Shown: in pieces, positions 43,736 to 53,357 of the stretch
Position numbering within the stretch: the first letter of the stretch is position 1
Layout: every line of letters begins with the position of its first letter
NCBI GenBank assembly: GCA_964585665.1
Contig: CAZPEY010000002.1
Location: forward strand, 1-59,912
Direction of reading: 5' to 3'
DNA: 59,912 bases
From: an uncultured Polyangiaceae bacterium
GTDB lineage: Bacteria; Myxococcota_A; Polyangia; Palsa-1104
Position numbers and translations under genes: made by a program
Notes under the pieces: generated by a model
Told to the model about the DNA's origin: nothing
The model's input: the letters and a program-made list of their open reading frames with translations, nothing else
Databases searched by the model: none

Positions 43736-45580
43736 ATGTCCAAGCTGCGGAATACCGTCGGAGAGAAGCGCCCGATCCGGCCCGAGACGCTGCGCCGTGT
43801 GATCGACTGCTTCCGCCCGTACTGGCGACGCGGCTCGATTGTGCTCATCGCCGTGCTCGGCTCGGCGACCCTCGGTCTCATCTCGCCGATGCTGGTGCGG
43901 CAGATCATCGACACCGCGATCCCGCGCCGCGACCTCGATCTGTTGTGGATGCTGTGCGGCGGCATGGTGTTCTTCACCCTGCTGTCGGGGGCGCTCGATA
44001 CCTTCGAGACCTACCAGAACACCTGGATCGGCCAGCGCGTGATGTTCGATCTACGGACGCGCCTCTACGCGCAGCTCCAGCGCATGCCGCTCCGCTTCTT
44101 CACCGAGACACGCACGGGCGAGATCCTGTCGCGCGTCACCTCGGACGTGGAGGGCGTGCAGGAGCTGGTGACGACGACGGCGAGCCAGATCGTCACCGAC
44201 ATCGTCATGGTGCTGACGACGCTGACGCTGATGTTCCTGCTCGACTGGAAGCTGACGATGGTGTCGGTGGTGATGATGCCGCTGTTCGTCTGGCCGACGC
44301 GCAAGGCGGGGACGATCCGCAAGCGGCTATCCAAGAAGGTGCAGGAGAAGATCGCCGACGTCTCGGCGATCCTCGAAGAGACCCTGTCGATCTCTGGCGC
44401 GCTCCTCGTCAAGACGTTCGGGCGGCAGAAGCGCGAGGTCCAGCGCTTCTCCGACGCGGGTGAGACGCTGCTCGATCTGCAGCTGCGGCGCGCGATGCTC
44501 GGCCAGCTCCTCTGGGTGACGATCCAGACCTTCTGGGCGGTCGCGCCGGCGCTGCTCTATTATTTCGGTGGCAAGGCGGTCGCGGCGGGCGCGATGACCA
44601 TCGGCTCGGTCGTCGCGTTCGTGACGCTGCAGAATCGGCTGTTCTTTCCGCTCGGGCGCCTGTTCGGTGTGCAGGTGCAGATCCAGGGTGGCCTCGGGGT
44701 CTTCGAGCGCATCTTCGAGTACCTCGACCTGCCGGTGTTGATCGACGACAAGCCAGCGGCGCCGTCGCTGCAAGTGACGCGCGGCGAGGTGGTGTTCGAT
44801 CGCGTGCGCTTCTCCTACAGCGATGCGCAAGGCACGCTGCACGACGTGAGCTTCACGGCGCGCCCCGGCGAGCTGACCGCGCTGGTCGGCCCGTCTGGCG
44901 CTGGCAAGAGCACGATCACGTACCTCATCCCGCGCCTCTATGACGTGACCGGTGGGACGGTGCGCATCGATGGGCAGGACGTTCGCGAGGTGACCCAGGC
45001 GTCCGTCGCTGCCGCCGTGGCGATGGTGACGCAGGAGACCTACCTGTTCCACACGACGGTGCGCGAGAACCTTCGGTACGCGCGCGCCGACGCGACGGAC
45101 GCGGAGATCGAGGACGCGGCGCGGGCGGCGCAGATCCACGAGCGCATCCTGCAGCTCCCGGAGGGCTACGACACGGTGGTGGGCGAGCGCGGCTACAAGC
45201 TGTCGGGCGGCGAACGCCAGCGTCTCTCGATCGCCCGCGTCCTGCTCAAGCGTGCGCCGATCGTCGTGCTCGACGAGGCGACGTCCTCTCTCGACACGAC
45301 GAGCGAGCGGCTCCTCCAGCGCGCGCTCGAGCCGCTGGTCGCAGGACGAACCACCATCGCAATCGCGCATCGGCTCTCGACGGTTCTGTCCGCCGGCCAG
45401 ATCCTCGTCGTCGAGGCGGGTCGGATCGTCGACCGCGGCACGCACAACGAGCTCTACCGCCGCGGTGGCCTCTATACCCGCCTCGTCGACGAGCAGTTCG
45501 AGCAGCCGCTCGGGGATGCGGCCCCGGAGGAGCCCGCGGTCGAGAGCGATCCGCCGCGGACCCCGACGATCGTCAACTGA
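43736..45580 (+). CDS. ABC exporter, fused permease/ATPase (MsbA/lipid-or-multidrug exporter-like)
   Basis: Six-TM N-terminal half. Walker A GPSGAGKST, signature LSGGERQRLSIAR, Walker B IVVLDEATS. Confidence 0.85.
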   Translation: MSKLRNTVGEKRPIRPETLRRVIDCFRPYWRRGSIVLIAVLGSATLGLISPMLVRQIIDTAIPRRDLDLLWMLCGGMVFFTLLSGALDTFETYQNTWIGQRVMFDLRTRLYAQLQRMPLRFFTETRTGEILSRVTSDVEGVQELVTTTASQIVTDIVMVLTTLTLMFLLDWKLTMVSVVMMPLFVWPTRKAGTIRKRLSKKVQEKIADVSAILEETLSISGALLVKTFGRQKREVQRFSDAGETLLDLQLRRAMLGQLLWVTIQTFWAVAPALLYYFGGKAVAAGAMTIGSVVAFVTLQNRLFFPLGRLFGVQVQIQGGLGVFERIFEYLDLPVLIDDKPAAPSLQVTRGEVVFDRVRFSYSDAQGTLHDVSFTARPGELTALVGPSGAGKSTITYLIPRLYDVTGGTVRIDGQDVREVTQASVAAAVAMVTQETYLFHTTVRENLRYARADATDAEIEDAARAAQIHERILQLPEGYDTVVGERGYKLSGGERQRLSIARVLLKRAPIVVLDEATSSLDTTSERLLQRALEPLVAGRTTIAIAHRLSTVLSAGQILVVEAGRIVDRGTHNELYRRGGLYTRLVDEQFEQPLGDAAPEEPAVESDPPRTPTIVN

Positions 45581-45633
45581 CTTGACCAGTCGGGATCCGT
45601 GACCAGCGCGCCGACCTGCGCTACCCTGCCACG

Positions 45634-46812
45634 ATGAAGCTACGCTGGTCGTGGATGTTGGTTGGTCTTGGGCTCGTGACCGTCGGTTGCGCCGACGACA
45701 AGCTGCGCCATCCGGTGCGGATCGCGGTCGAGATGCCGCTGTCTTCGGGGGATCTGATTCCAGTCCAGGTTGCGCAGGCGGCCCGGCTCGCGATCGAGGA
45801 TCGGCAGGGAGTGGTCTGCACCTACTGGGACGTGTCGCTGACCGAGCGCGACGAATCCACCCCGGACGAGTACATCAGCGAAGAGCGCGTCGATCGCAAC
45901 ACGCGCTTCAACATTCGCAACCCCGAGGTAGCGGCCGTCATCGGACCTTTCGCGTCGCGCACCGCCGTACAGCTCTTGCCCGCCACGAATCTCGCCGGGC
46001 TGCTCGTGCTCTCGCCTACCAACACGAACCCCTGTCTGACGCTCGACGCGCCGGACTGCGACCTGCCCGATCTCCGTCCTTCGGGGGTTCGCAACTACGG
46101 TCGGTTCGCACCTCCCGATGCGGTGCAGGGCAGGGCGCAGGCTCGCTTCGCCGCGAGCGGGGCGAGCAAGCGGGTCTACCTCACGTATATCCAGGACACT
46201 TACGGGCTCGTGATCGCCGGCAGCGTGCGCAGTGAGCTGGCGGCCCTCGGCGCGACGCTGGTTGGCGACGAATCCTACGATCGGGATGCGGTGGACTTCG
46301 AGGCGATGGCGGCGCGCATCGTCGAGGCCGCGCCCGACGTGGTGCTCGCCGAGACCTTCGACGAGGGCGGGGACCTGGTCCTGGCGCTGCGCGCCCTCGG
46401 CTACTCGGGCAAGATGGTCTTTGCCGACGGGCTCTTCGGATACCTGCCGGACCTCATCGGTACCGAGGCGGCCAACGGCACGTATGCGACGACCGCTGGC
46501 TATGCCCCAGACGCGCTCACCGGCGAAGCGGCCGCGTGGGCGACGCGGTTTGCGACCCGGTTCGGTGAGGCCCCGGACTTCTACGTGCTCGAGGCGTACA
46601 TGGCGACCGTCCTGGCCCTCGACGCGATGGAGGAGGCCTGCGCGGCCGGCAGCCTGCCGACCGATCGCGCCGCAGTGACGAGGGCGGCTCTCTCGAGCAA
46701 GCAGCGCCAGTCGCTGGTCGGTCCCTATACGATGGATGCCAACGGCGACTTCTCGGCCGCGGGAGTGGCGCTGTATCAGGTGGTGGGGGGGCAGTACGTG
46801 GTGGTCAAGTAG
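45634..46812 (+). CDS. Periplasmic substrate-binding lipoprotein (type 1 PBP, LivK/branched-chain amino acid-binding-like)
   Basis: Lipobox GLVTVGC. The length and sequence pattern (VAAVIGPFASRTA..., LSPTNTNP) fit Peripla_BP_6-type proteins. No adjacent permease genes. Confidence 0.55.
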   Translation: MKLRWSWMLVGLGLVTVGCADDKLRHPVRIAVEMPLSSGDLIPVQVAQAARLAIEDRQGVVCTYWDVSLTERDESTPDEYISEERVDRNTRFNIRNPEVAAVIGPFASRTAVQLLPATNLAGLLVLSPTNTNPCLTLDAPDCDLPDLRPSGVRNYGRFAPPDAVQGRAQARFAASGASKRVYLTYIQDTYGLVIAGSVRSELAALGATLVGDESYDRDAVDFEAMAARIVEAAPDVVLAETFDEGGDLVLALRALGYSGKMVFADGLFGYLPDLIGTEAANGTYATTAGYAPDALTGEAAAWATRFATRFGEAPDFYVLEAYMATVLALDAMEEACAAGSLPTDRAAVTRAALSSKQRQSLVGPYTMDANGDFSAAGVALYQVVGGQYVVVK

Positions 46813-46826
46813 CTTTACTGTCGCCG

Positions 46827-46844
46827 GTGAGCCGCTTGGCTCAC
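46827..46844. terminator. Possible bidirectional terminator hairpin GTGAGCC-GCTT-GGCTCAC between convergent genes
   Basis: Perfect 7-bp stem with a 4-nt loop in the 28-bp gap between the binding-protein and aqpZ stops (it overlaps the aqpZ stop codon). T-containing tract follows on the + strand. Confidence 0.4.
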
Positions 46845-47548
46845 TTGCCTTCGGGCTTGGCGATCATCGGATACAGCACGCCAGCCAGCGCCGCTCCGAC
46901 GATCGGAGCCACCCAGAACAGCCAGAGCTGCGCGAGCGCCCAGCCGCCGACGAAGACGGCCGGCCCCGTCGAGCGCGCCGGGTTCACCGACAGGTTCGTC
47001 ACCGGGATGCCGATGAGGTGGATGAGCGTGAGGCCAAGGCCGATCGCGATCGGCGCGAAGCCGGCGGGTGCGCGCTCATCGGTCGCGCCGAGGATGATGA
47101 AGAGGAACATGAAGGTCAGCACGACCTCGGCGACCAGCGCCGCGACCATCGAGTAGCCCCCTGGCGAGTGATCGCCAAAGCCGTTCGAGGCGAAGCCACC
47201 GTCGAGCGTAAAGCCGCTCTTGCCGCTGGCGATGAGGTACAGCGTCGCGGCGCCGATGACCGCGCCGGCCACCTGGGCGGCGATGTACGCGGGGAGCTCC
47301 TTGGCCGGAAAGCGCTTGGCGACCGCGAGCCCGACCGAGACCGCCGGGTTGAGGTGGCAGCCCGAGATGTGGCCGATCGCGTAGGCCATCGTCAGCACCG
47401 TCAAGCCGAAGGCCAGCGAGACACCGTGTAGCCCGATGCCGACCTGCGGAAAGGCAGCGGCGAGCACCGCGCTCCCACAGCCTCCGAACACCAACCAGAA
47501 CGTACCGAACACTTCAGCAACCGCACGACGAGACAGTGGCAGCGACAT
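46841..47548 (-). CDS. aqpZ: Aquaporin Z
   Basis: [18 protein letters not shown]..., two NPA motifs ([14 protein letters not shown] and [14 protein letters not shown]). 235 aa. Confidence 0.93.
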   Translation of the reverse strand: MSLPLSRRAVAEVFGTFWLVFGGCGSAVLAAAFPQVGIGLHGVSLAFGLTVLTMAYAIGHISGCHLNPAVSVGLAVAKRFPAKELPAYIAAQVAGAVIGAATLYLIASGKSGFTLDGGFASNGFGDHSPGGYSMVAALVAEVVLTFMFLFIILGATDERAPAGFAPIAIGLGLTLIHLIGIPVTNLSVNPARSTGPAVFVGGWALAQLWLFWVAPIVGAALAGVLYPMIAKPEGK

Positions 47549-47570
47549 GAGATCTCCTGGTGAGAGGGTG

Positions 47571-48848
47571 CTACTTCAGCTTGCTCGGGGTCTTGGCGTT
47601 CTTGCAGAGGATCGGCGCGGTGTAGCGATGCCAGCGACCGCCGCCCTCCATGTTCACCAGCCAGACGTTCTTCTGGTGGCTCGGCCCGGCGGCCGTGTAC
47701 TTGAAGAAGTTGAACCACTGAATCTCGCACAGATCCTTGGTGAGCTCGGGCGGTCCGATGTGCGGCCACTTGGCGGGTTTGACGACGACGTAGCCGTTGC
47801 CGATCTGGCGCTCGACGCGGTGCCGCAGATGATCCTTGGGATCCGTCTCGTCGAAGGACTGCTTGCTCACGCCGGTCAGGTAGCCGGGGCCGGCCATGAT
47901 CTTGTCGTCCTTCTCGAGGAAGGACTTGATGGACTTGTCGCGCGCCGGATCCTTGCCGGGCGCTTTCGGGAAGCCGACCTCGGAGAGGCGCTTGGCGAGG
48001 ATCGGCTGGAGCGCGGCGAGCTGCTTCTTGGCTTCGGCGAGCGCGTTGCCAGGGCCATCTGCGTCGTCGCTCTCGGTGTACTCCTGCACCTTGGTGAGCT
48101 GCGCCTCCATCGCGACCAGCTCGTTGGCGCGCCCGACGATTTCCATCGCGTGCTTGACCCAGGTTGCGTGGTTGTCCCACTGGGTGAGGTCCTTGAGCTC
48201 GGCTAGCCGCTTGGTCAGGTGGATGAACGGCCCCAGCTTCTCCCGCTTCAGATCGGCGAGGAGGTCATAGACCTTCTTGTTGGCGTCCTCGACGAGGTTG
48301 GTCAGGCCGCGGTTCAGATCGAAGCGCACCTTGGGCGAGATCATGTCGCCGCAGTTGGCCAGCTTGGTGGCGAAGTAGCCATCCACCTTCTGGAGCTGCG
48401 CCCGAGCTGCGCTGATCTTCGCCGCCGTGTCGATGATGCCCTGCATGTTGTCGATGCCGGGCATCTTGGTGTCGAGGAGTGGCTTCCACTCCTCGATCTT
48501 GGCGCGCACCTCGTCCCAGGTCCCGACGTCCGGCACGCCCTTTTGGCGAACCAATTGCCACGCATGCAGATCGTCGAGGTACTCCTTGACGACCTCCTTC
48601 TCCGCCGGGTTCGGGATCTTCTCCACGTCCTCGGCGAGCTTGGCGAACTGCGCGTCCCAGTTGTTCTTCACGTCGGCGGCGCACTTCGCTTGCACATCGT
48701 GACGCAGCCCAGACACCGCGTTGAAGGCGCGTACACCGGGCACGGTCTTGACGTTCTGCCGCTTGGGCTGCGGCGGCTCTTCGACGGCCCACGAGGATGC
48801 TGCGGTCAAGCACACCAGACCGGTGGCCACGAGCTTGGCGATGTTCAT
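47571..48848 (-). CDS. Secreted hypothetical protein (425 aa), Lys-rich and largely helical
   Basis: Signal peptide [29 protein letters not shown]. Composition differs clearly from GC-artefact frames. I recognised no family. Confidence 0.65.
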   Translation of the reverse strand: MNIAKLVATGLVCLTAASSWAVEEPPQPKRQNVKTVPGVRAFNAVSGLRHDVQAKCAADVKNNWDAQFAKLAEDVEKIPNPAEKEVVKEYLDDLHAWQLVRQKGVPDVGTWDEVRAKIEEWKPLLDTKMPGIDNMQGIIDTAAKISAARAQLQKVDGYFATKLANCGDMISPKVRFDLNRGLTNLVEDANKKVYDLLADLKREKLGPFIHLTKRLAELKDLTQWDNHATWVKHAMEIVGRANELVAMEAQLTKVQEYTESDDADGPGNALAEAKKQLAALQPILAKRLSEVGFPKAPGKDPARDKSIKSFLEKDDKIMAGPGYLTGVSKQSFDETDPKDHLRHRVERQIGNGYVVVKPAKWPHIGPPELTKDLCEIQWFNFFKYTAAGPSHQKNVWLVNMEGGGRWHRYTAPILCKNAKTPSKLK

Positions 48849-48902
48849 GGAGCGCTCCTTTGAAGCGAGGGGAGAAGGATGTCGTCGGGAAACGAGGCCG
48901 GG

Positions 48903-49772
48903 CTAGTACGGATTCGGCGTCGGCTGCGGCTGCGGCTGTGGCTGTGGCTGATACGGCTGTTGCGGCTGATATGGCTGCGGCTGGTACGGCTGCGAGGGCT
49001 GATACGGCTGCTGCGGATACGTCTGCGGCTGCGGCGCGTACGTCGGAGAGCCCGGCTGCTGGTTCTGGGGCGCGTACGGGTTCGGCTGGTAGGTCTGCTG
49101 CGGCACGCCGTTCTCCGCGTTCCACTGCTGCTGGAGCTGGTTGTATGCCGAGGCTGCGCGCTCGACCTCGATGCGCTTCTGCTCGGCCTTGTTGCGCGCC
49201 TCGTCCCACTTACGCTGGCGCTCCATGTGCTGGTTCTCGTAGTTGGCGACGTTGAAGTCCTCCGAAGGCTTGATGCCCTTCTGCGAGGCCAGACGCGCCT
49301 TCTCGAGCTCGACCTTGGCCGTCGCCGCAAAGCCATGGGCCTCAGCGGACTCGGCCAGCAGCTCGTAGTACTTCTTCTTGGCCGCGACCCACTTGACCTT
49401 GGCGTCGGCGACCTTGAGCTGCAGCTCGGCCATCCGGACATCCTTGACCGCCGTGTTCTTGCGGTTGAGGTCGCCCGACTGATCGGCGGCGGTCTTGCTG
49501 ACCTTGGCGGAGTCGAGCTTGAGCTTGGCCGCCTTCTCCTCGTTCTCCACGATGTCGAGCTCGTTCTTGGCCGCCTTGGCGTCGTAGTTGGCCTTGTTCA
49601 TCTCCTCCTTGGCGACGCTGACCTCGTTCTGCGCCGCCAGGATGGCGCTCTTCTCGTTCGAGCCGATCGACGCGAGGGTCGAATCCGCGACTGCGTACTT
49701 GAGGCTTCCGCCGCCGCACGCCGAAGCGAGCATCAGCGACGAAAACAGTGCTGCGAGAGTCAACCGTTTCAT
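48903..49772 (-). CDS. Coiled-coil lipoprotein with a C-terminal P/Q/Y-rich low-complexity (prion-like) tail
   Basis: Start re-set to ATG 49772 (AGGAGG upstream). Lipobox SLMLASAC. Lys/Glu/Ala heptad-like middle. Tail ...QQTYQPNPYAPQNQQPGSPTYAPQPQTYPQQPYQPSQPYQPQPYQPQQPYQPQPQPQPQPTPNPY. Confidence 0.75.
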   Translation of the reverse strand: MKRLTLAALFSSLMLASACGGGSLKYAVADSTLASIGSNEKSAILAAQNEVSVAKEEMNKANYDAKAAKNELDIVENEEKAAKLKLDSAKVSKTAADQSGDLNRKNTAVKDVRMAELQLKVADAKVKWVAAKKKYYELLAESAEAHGFAATAKVELEKARLASQKGIKPSEDFNVANYENQHMERQRKWDEARNKAEQKRIEVERAASAYNQLQQQWNAENGVPQQTYQPNPYAPQNQQPGSPTYAPQPQTYPQQPYQPSQPYQPQPYQPQQPYQPQPQPQPQPTPNPY

Positions 49773-49783
49773 TGCGCGTCCTC

Positions 49784-51295
49784 CTAAAGTCCGATCCACT
49801 TGAAGAAGGTCTTGAGCTCGTGCTTCCGCTCGGGCGGCAGGTAGTCGAAGTTCACGCCGCGATCGTTGACCTCCCAAAAATCCTCGCTCGTCACGGCGAG
49901 CAGCTCGTCGCGCAGAGAGACCAGGCGCTCGCTGCGCTCCTGCTTGAGATCTTCGAGTACCCGCCGCGCCTGCGCCTCGTCCTCGTGCGCGAGGTAGTAG
50001 GTCGCGAGCCGGAGCTGCGCCTTGCGCACGCCGCGCAGGATCGTCTCCTCGGCGGCGTTCTCCGGCGGGCGATCGAGCTCGAGCAGGTGGCGCAGGATGA
50101 AGTCGTGCGCCGGCGACTTGAGCCGATGCGCGCGCTCGCAGAGCTGCGACAGGTCATAGGCGATCGTCTCGGTGATGAAGGCCAGGTTCGCCTTGTGCGC
50201 GACGTCGCCGTAATACTTGAGGTAGTACGCGATCTCGGACGCCAGCTCGTGCCGGCCCGTGTCGAGGCAGCGCTCGGTCATCGAGCGATACTGGTTGAGC
50301 ACGTTGTACGCGGTGCGGACGCGGCTGGTGTTGAGCGTCGCCCGCATGTACGTGTTGAAGAACTTCACCGCGAGCCGAAAGGCCGCGTCGTCGCCGGACG
50401 CCAGCGCCGCCTCGCCGATGTAGCGCGTGTTGATCGACACGAGGTGGTTGATGTCGGGCGTATTCTGGAGCGCCTCGTTGTAGATGAGCTGGTACTGGCG
50501 CAGCACCTTCCACTCGAGCCAGGTGTGCTTGGCGTCCATCTCGGCGAGGCTGCTCGGCGTCAGCGCGATGAAGTCGGGGTTCTTGCGGAGCTGCGCGTCG
50601 ATGCGGAACCACTCGGCGTGGATCGTCTTCTTGCGTCCGAGATAGCCGACCGCGAGATCGCAGAGCGCGTCGACGGCGCCGTTGGCGATCGCCTTGTCCT
50701 TCTGCGAGACCGCGTTGAGCGCGATGTCGGCGAGCTGCTCTGCGCCATGCACCGTCGCCAGGCGCAGCGCCGCCAGCTCGTCGCCGTGGAGCGCCTCGAG
50801 GGGCGCCGAGGCCAGGGCGTGCTGCTGGATGCGCGACACGACGCGCTCGGGATCGAGGAAGGCGAAGACGTACGCGAAATACGGCACCGTGATGAGCAGG
50901 CACGCCGTGACGAGGATCAGGGTCGAGATCACCGACCACAGCGGGATGAACTTGTTGCCGATCGACATCGACAGCCACGTCGAGTGGAGGCACGCGACCA
51001 CGAAGAAGCCCAGGACGCCGATGTTGGTGCGCTCGCGAAAGAACAGGTCGGCGATGCGAGGGGTGTAGCGCGTGGCGGCGAGCTGCACGACGATCGAGAC
51101 GACGGTGATGACGACGCCGAGGAAGGCCGCCACCATCTGCGACATCGACGCGACGGCGCTCTGCACCTGCTGACCATCGGACAGGAGCTGCGGCATCTCG
51201 CTCCAGCTCGGGTGCTGGCGCAGGACGTCGATGCCGTACAGCACGACGAAGAGCACCAGCGCGCTACCGCCGAGCGCGAGGATCGGATAGAGCAT
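49784..51295 (-). CDS. Integral membrane protein, DUF2254-like (four N-terminal TM helices plus a large soluble domain)
   Basis: Start set at ATG 51295 (MLYPILALGGSALVLFVVLYG). The upstream part of the 664-aa track ORF is Arg/Pro-rich and would overlap the coaX promoter region. The family call is from memory of the topology. Confidence 0.5.
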   Translation of the reverse strand: MLYPILALGGSALVLFVVLYGIDVLRQHPSWSEMPQLLSDGQQVQSAVASMSQMVAAFLGVVITVVSIVVQLAATRYTPRIADLFFRERTNIGVLGFFVVACLHSTWLSMSIGNKFIPLWSVISTLILVTACLLITVPYFAYVFAFLDPERVVSRIQQHALASAPLEALHGDELAALRLATVHGAEQLADIALNAVSQKDKAIANGAVDALCDLAVGYLGRKKTIHAEWFRIDAQLRKNPDFIALTPSSLAEMDAKHTWLEWKVLRQYQLIYNEALQNTPDINHLVSINTRYIGEAALASGDDAAFRLAVKFFNTYMRATLNTSRVRTAYNVLNQYRSMTERCLDTGRHELASEIAYYLKYYGDVAHKANLAFITETIAYDLSQLCERAHRLKSPAHDFILRHLLELDRPPENAAEETILRGVRKAQLRLATYYLAHEDEAQARRVLEDLKQERSERLVSLRDELLAVTSEDFWEVNDRGVNFDYLPPERKHELKTFFKWIGL

Positions 51296-51389
51296 GGTCT
51301 GCCGCCGGCCCGCTTCGGGGCGCGGGGCGGGGGGAGCGTCTGCGGGTGCGTCGGCAGGCACGGGGTTGTCATAGTAGCCGATTTCTGCG

Positions 51390-52205
51390 ATGAACCGAAC
51401 GATGCTTCTAGTCGTCGATGTCGGGAACACCAACACGGTCTTCGGGGTGTACCGGTTCGACGCGCGCAGCGCCGCGCCCGAGAGCGAGCCGGCCGAGCTG
51501 CTCGCGAGCTGGCGCGTCGAGACCCGCAAGGGGCGCACCTCGGACGAGTACGCAGCCGCGCTGCACAGCTTCTTCTCGCTCGCCGGGATGCGCCTGCGCG
51601 AGATCCAGGCGGCGATCATCGGCACGGTCGTTCCGCCGGTGCTGTTCGCGCTCGAGGATCTCTGCCGTCGCCACCTCAACGTCACCGCCCAGGTCGTCGG
51701 CAGCGGACTGCGCACTGGCATGGCGATCCTCACCGAGAACCCGCGCGAGGTGGGCGCTGACCGCATCGTCAACGCCATCGCCGCGTACGAGCGCTACCGA
51801 CAGGGCTGCGTCGTCGTCGATTTCGGCACCGCCACGACTTTCGATCTGGTGACCAACAAGGGCGAGTACGCGGGCGGCGCCATCGCTCCCGGCATCCACA
51901 CGTCGGCGGACGCGCTCTACCATGCGGCGGCCAAGCTGCCGCGCGTCGAGTTCGCGCGCCCACCCTCGGTGGTTGGGCGCAACACGGTGCACTCGATGCA
52001 GGCCGGCCTATACTTCGGCTACGTGGGCATGGTCGACGAGATCGTTTCGCGAATGGTCAGGCAGGTTGACTATCCGGTCAAGGTGGTCGCGACCGGCGGC
52101 TTGGCGTCGATGATCGGCAAGGACAGCCGGACCATCGAGGCGGTCGACGATCAACTCACGCTCGACGGGCTTCGCATCCTGTTCCTGCGCAATCGAGGGG
52201 GATAG
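51390..52205 (+). CDS. coaX: Type III pantothenate kinase
   Basis: MLLVVDVGNTNTVFGVY, ADRIVNAIAA, VVDFGTATTFD and GGAIAPG motifs. 271 aa. Confidence 0.92.
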   Translation: MNRTMLLVVDVGNTNTVFGVYRFDARSAAPESEPAELLASWRVETRKGRTSDEYAAALHSFFSLAGMRLREIQAAIIGTVVPPVLFALEDLCRRHLNVTAQVVGSGLRTGMAILTENPREVGADRIVNAIAAYERYRQGCVVVDFGTATTFDLVTNKGEYAGGAIAPGIHTSADALYHAAAKLPRVEFARPPSVVGRNTVHSMQAGLYFGYVGMVDEIVSRMVRQVDYPVKVVATGGLASMIGKDSRTIEAVDDQLTLDGLRILFLRNRGG

Positions 52206-52208
52206 CCA

Positions 52209-53357
52209 GTGTCGATCGTTCACGGGCCGCTCGAATCGCTACCACCCGCCGTCGAGCGCGCTGCGGGCAGCAAGGCGCCGGCGCCGATGCGGCTGATGGC
52301 GGCGCGCGGCCTCGCGCCCCTCGGCCCGGTCGACCTCGTGACGGCGCTGTACCACCTCGCCCACGACGAAGACGAGACGCTCAAGAAGGCGGCGATGAAG
52401 AGCGCCGCCGAGCTGCCGGAGAAGATCCTCGGTGGAGCGCTCGACTCCCCGCTCGATCCGCGACTGCTCGACTTCTTCGGGCGCCGGCTCATCCACAAGC
52501 AGCCGCTGCTCGAGAAGGTCCTGCTCAACCGGCAGACGGACGACGACACCTTCGTCTTCCTCGCCAAGATGGGCGACGAGCCGACCACCGAGATGATCGC
52601 CAAGAACGAGGAGCGCCTGCTGCGCTGCCCACCGATCATCGCCGCGCTCTACCTCAACGCGAAGACGCGCATGTCGACGGCCCAGCGCGCCGTCGAGCTC
52701 GCGATCCGCAACGACGTGACGGTCGAAGGGATCCCCTCCTTCGAGGAGACGAAGAAGGCGCTCGCCGAGGGGCACGGCGTCAAGCCGACGGACGACGAGG
52801 CCTTCAAGCAGGCCGGCGCGGTCGTGCTCGAGGCGGCCGGCCCCGCGCTGACCGCGCTCGATCCCGAGGAGCAGCGCAAGCTCGACGCGATCCTCGCCGA
52901 GCAGGCCGAGCAGCAGGCTGAAGGAGCCTCGCCCGAGGCCAAGCAAGAGGGCGACGAGAAGCGGGAGCGCATCGATCAGCTCTCCGTCGTCGCCAAGATT
53001 CGGCTCGCGACGCTCGGCAACGCGTTCGCGCGCTCCATCTTGATCCGCGACCGCAACAAGCAGGTTTCCTCGGCAGCGATCCGCTCCCCGGCCATTTCGG
53101 AGAGCGAGGTCGTCCACTACGCGCAGAACCGCTCGCTCGACGAGGACATCATCCGCTACATCTCGAACAAGCGAACCTGGGTGCGCCTCTACTCCGTCAA
53201 GTTCGCCCTCTGCAACAACCCCAAGTGCCCGCTGCCGACGGCGATGCGCTTCCTGCCGCACCTCCGCATCCCCGATCTCAAGGCCCTGTCGCGCAGCAAG
53301 GGCATCCCGTCCTCGCTGGCGACGGCGGCCAAGCAGCTCTCGCAGCAGCGGCAATGA
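52209..53357 (+). CDS. Hypothetical helical-repeat protein (382 aa)
   Basis: GTG start 3 nt after the coaX stop. Helical repeat-like N- and C-terminal parts with an acidic linker (AEQAEQQAEGASPEAKQEGDEKRE). I recognised no family. Confidence 0.55.
   Translation: MSIVHGPLESLPPAVERAAGSKAPAPMRLMAARGLAPLGPVDLVTALYHLAHDEDETLKKAAMKSAAELPEKILGGALDSPLDPRLLDFFGRRLIHKQPLLEKVLLNRQTDDDTFVFLAKMGDEPTTEMIAKNEERLLRCPPIIAALYLNAKTRMSTAQRAVELAIRNDVTVEGIPSFEETKKALAEGHGVKPTDDEAFKQAGAVVLEAAGPALTALDPEEQRKLDAILAEQAEQQAEGASPEAKQEGDEKRERIDQLSVVAKIRLATLGNAFARSILIRDRNKQVSSAAIRSPAISESEVVHYAQNRSLDEDIIRYISNKRTWVRLYSVKFALCNNPKCPLPTAMRFLPHLRIPDLKALSRSKGIPSSLATAAKQLSQQRQ

Noticed and set aside
48903-49090. GGCTGC/GGCTGT microsatellite-like DNA as a non-coding repeat or degenerate CRISPR
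   Set aside because: It is in frame with, and forms the C-terminal P/Q/Y tail of, a lipoprotein gene that has a good start, SD and lipobox. I treat it as a coding low-complexity region.
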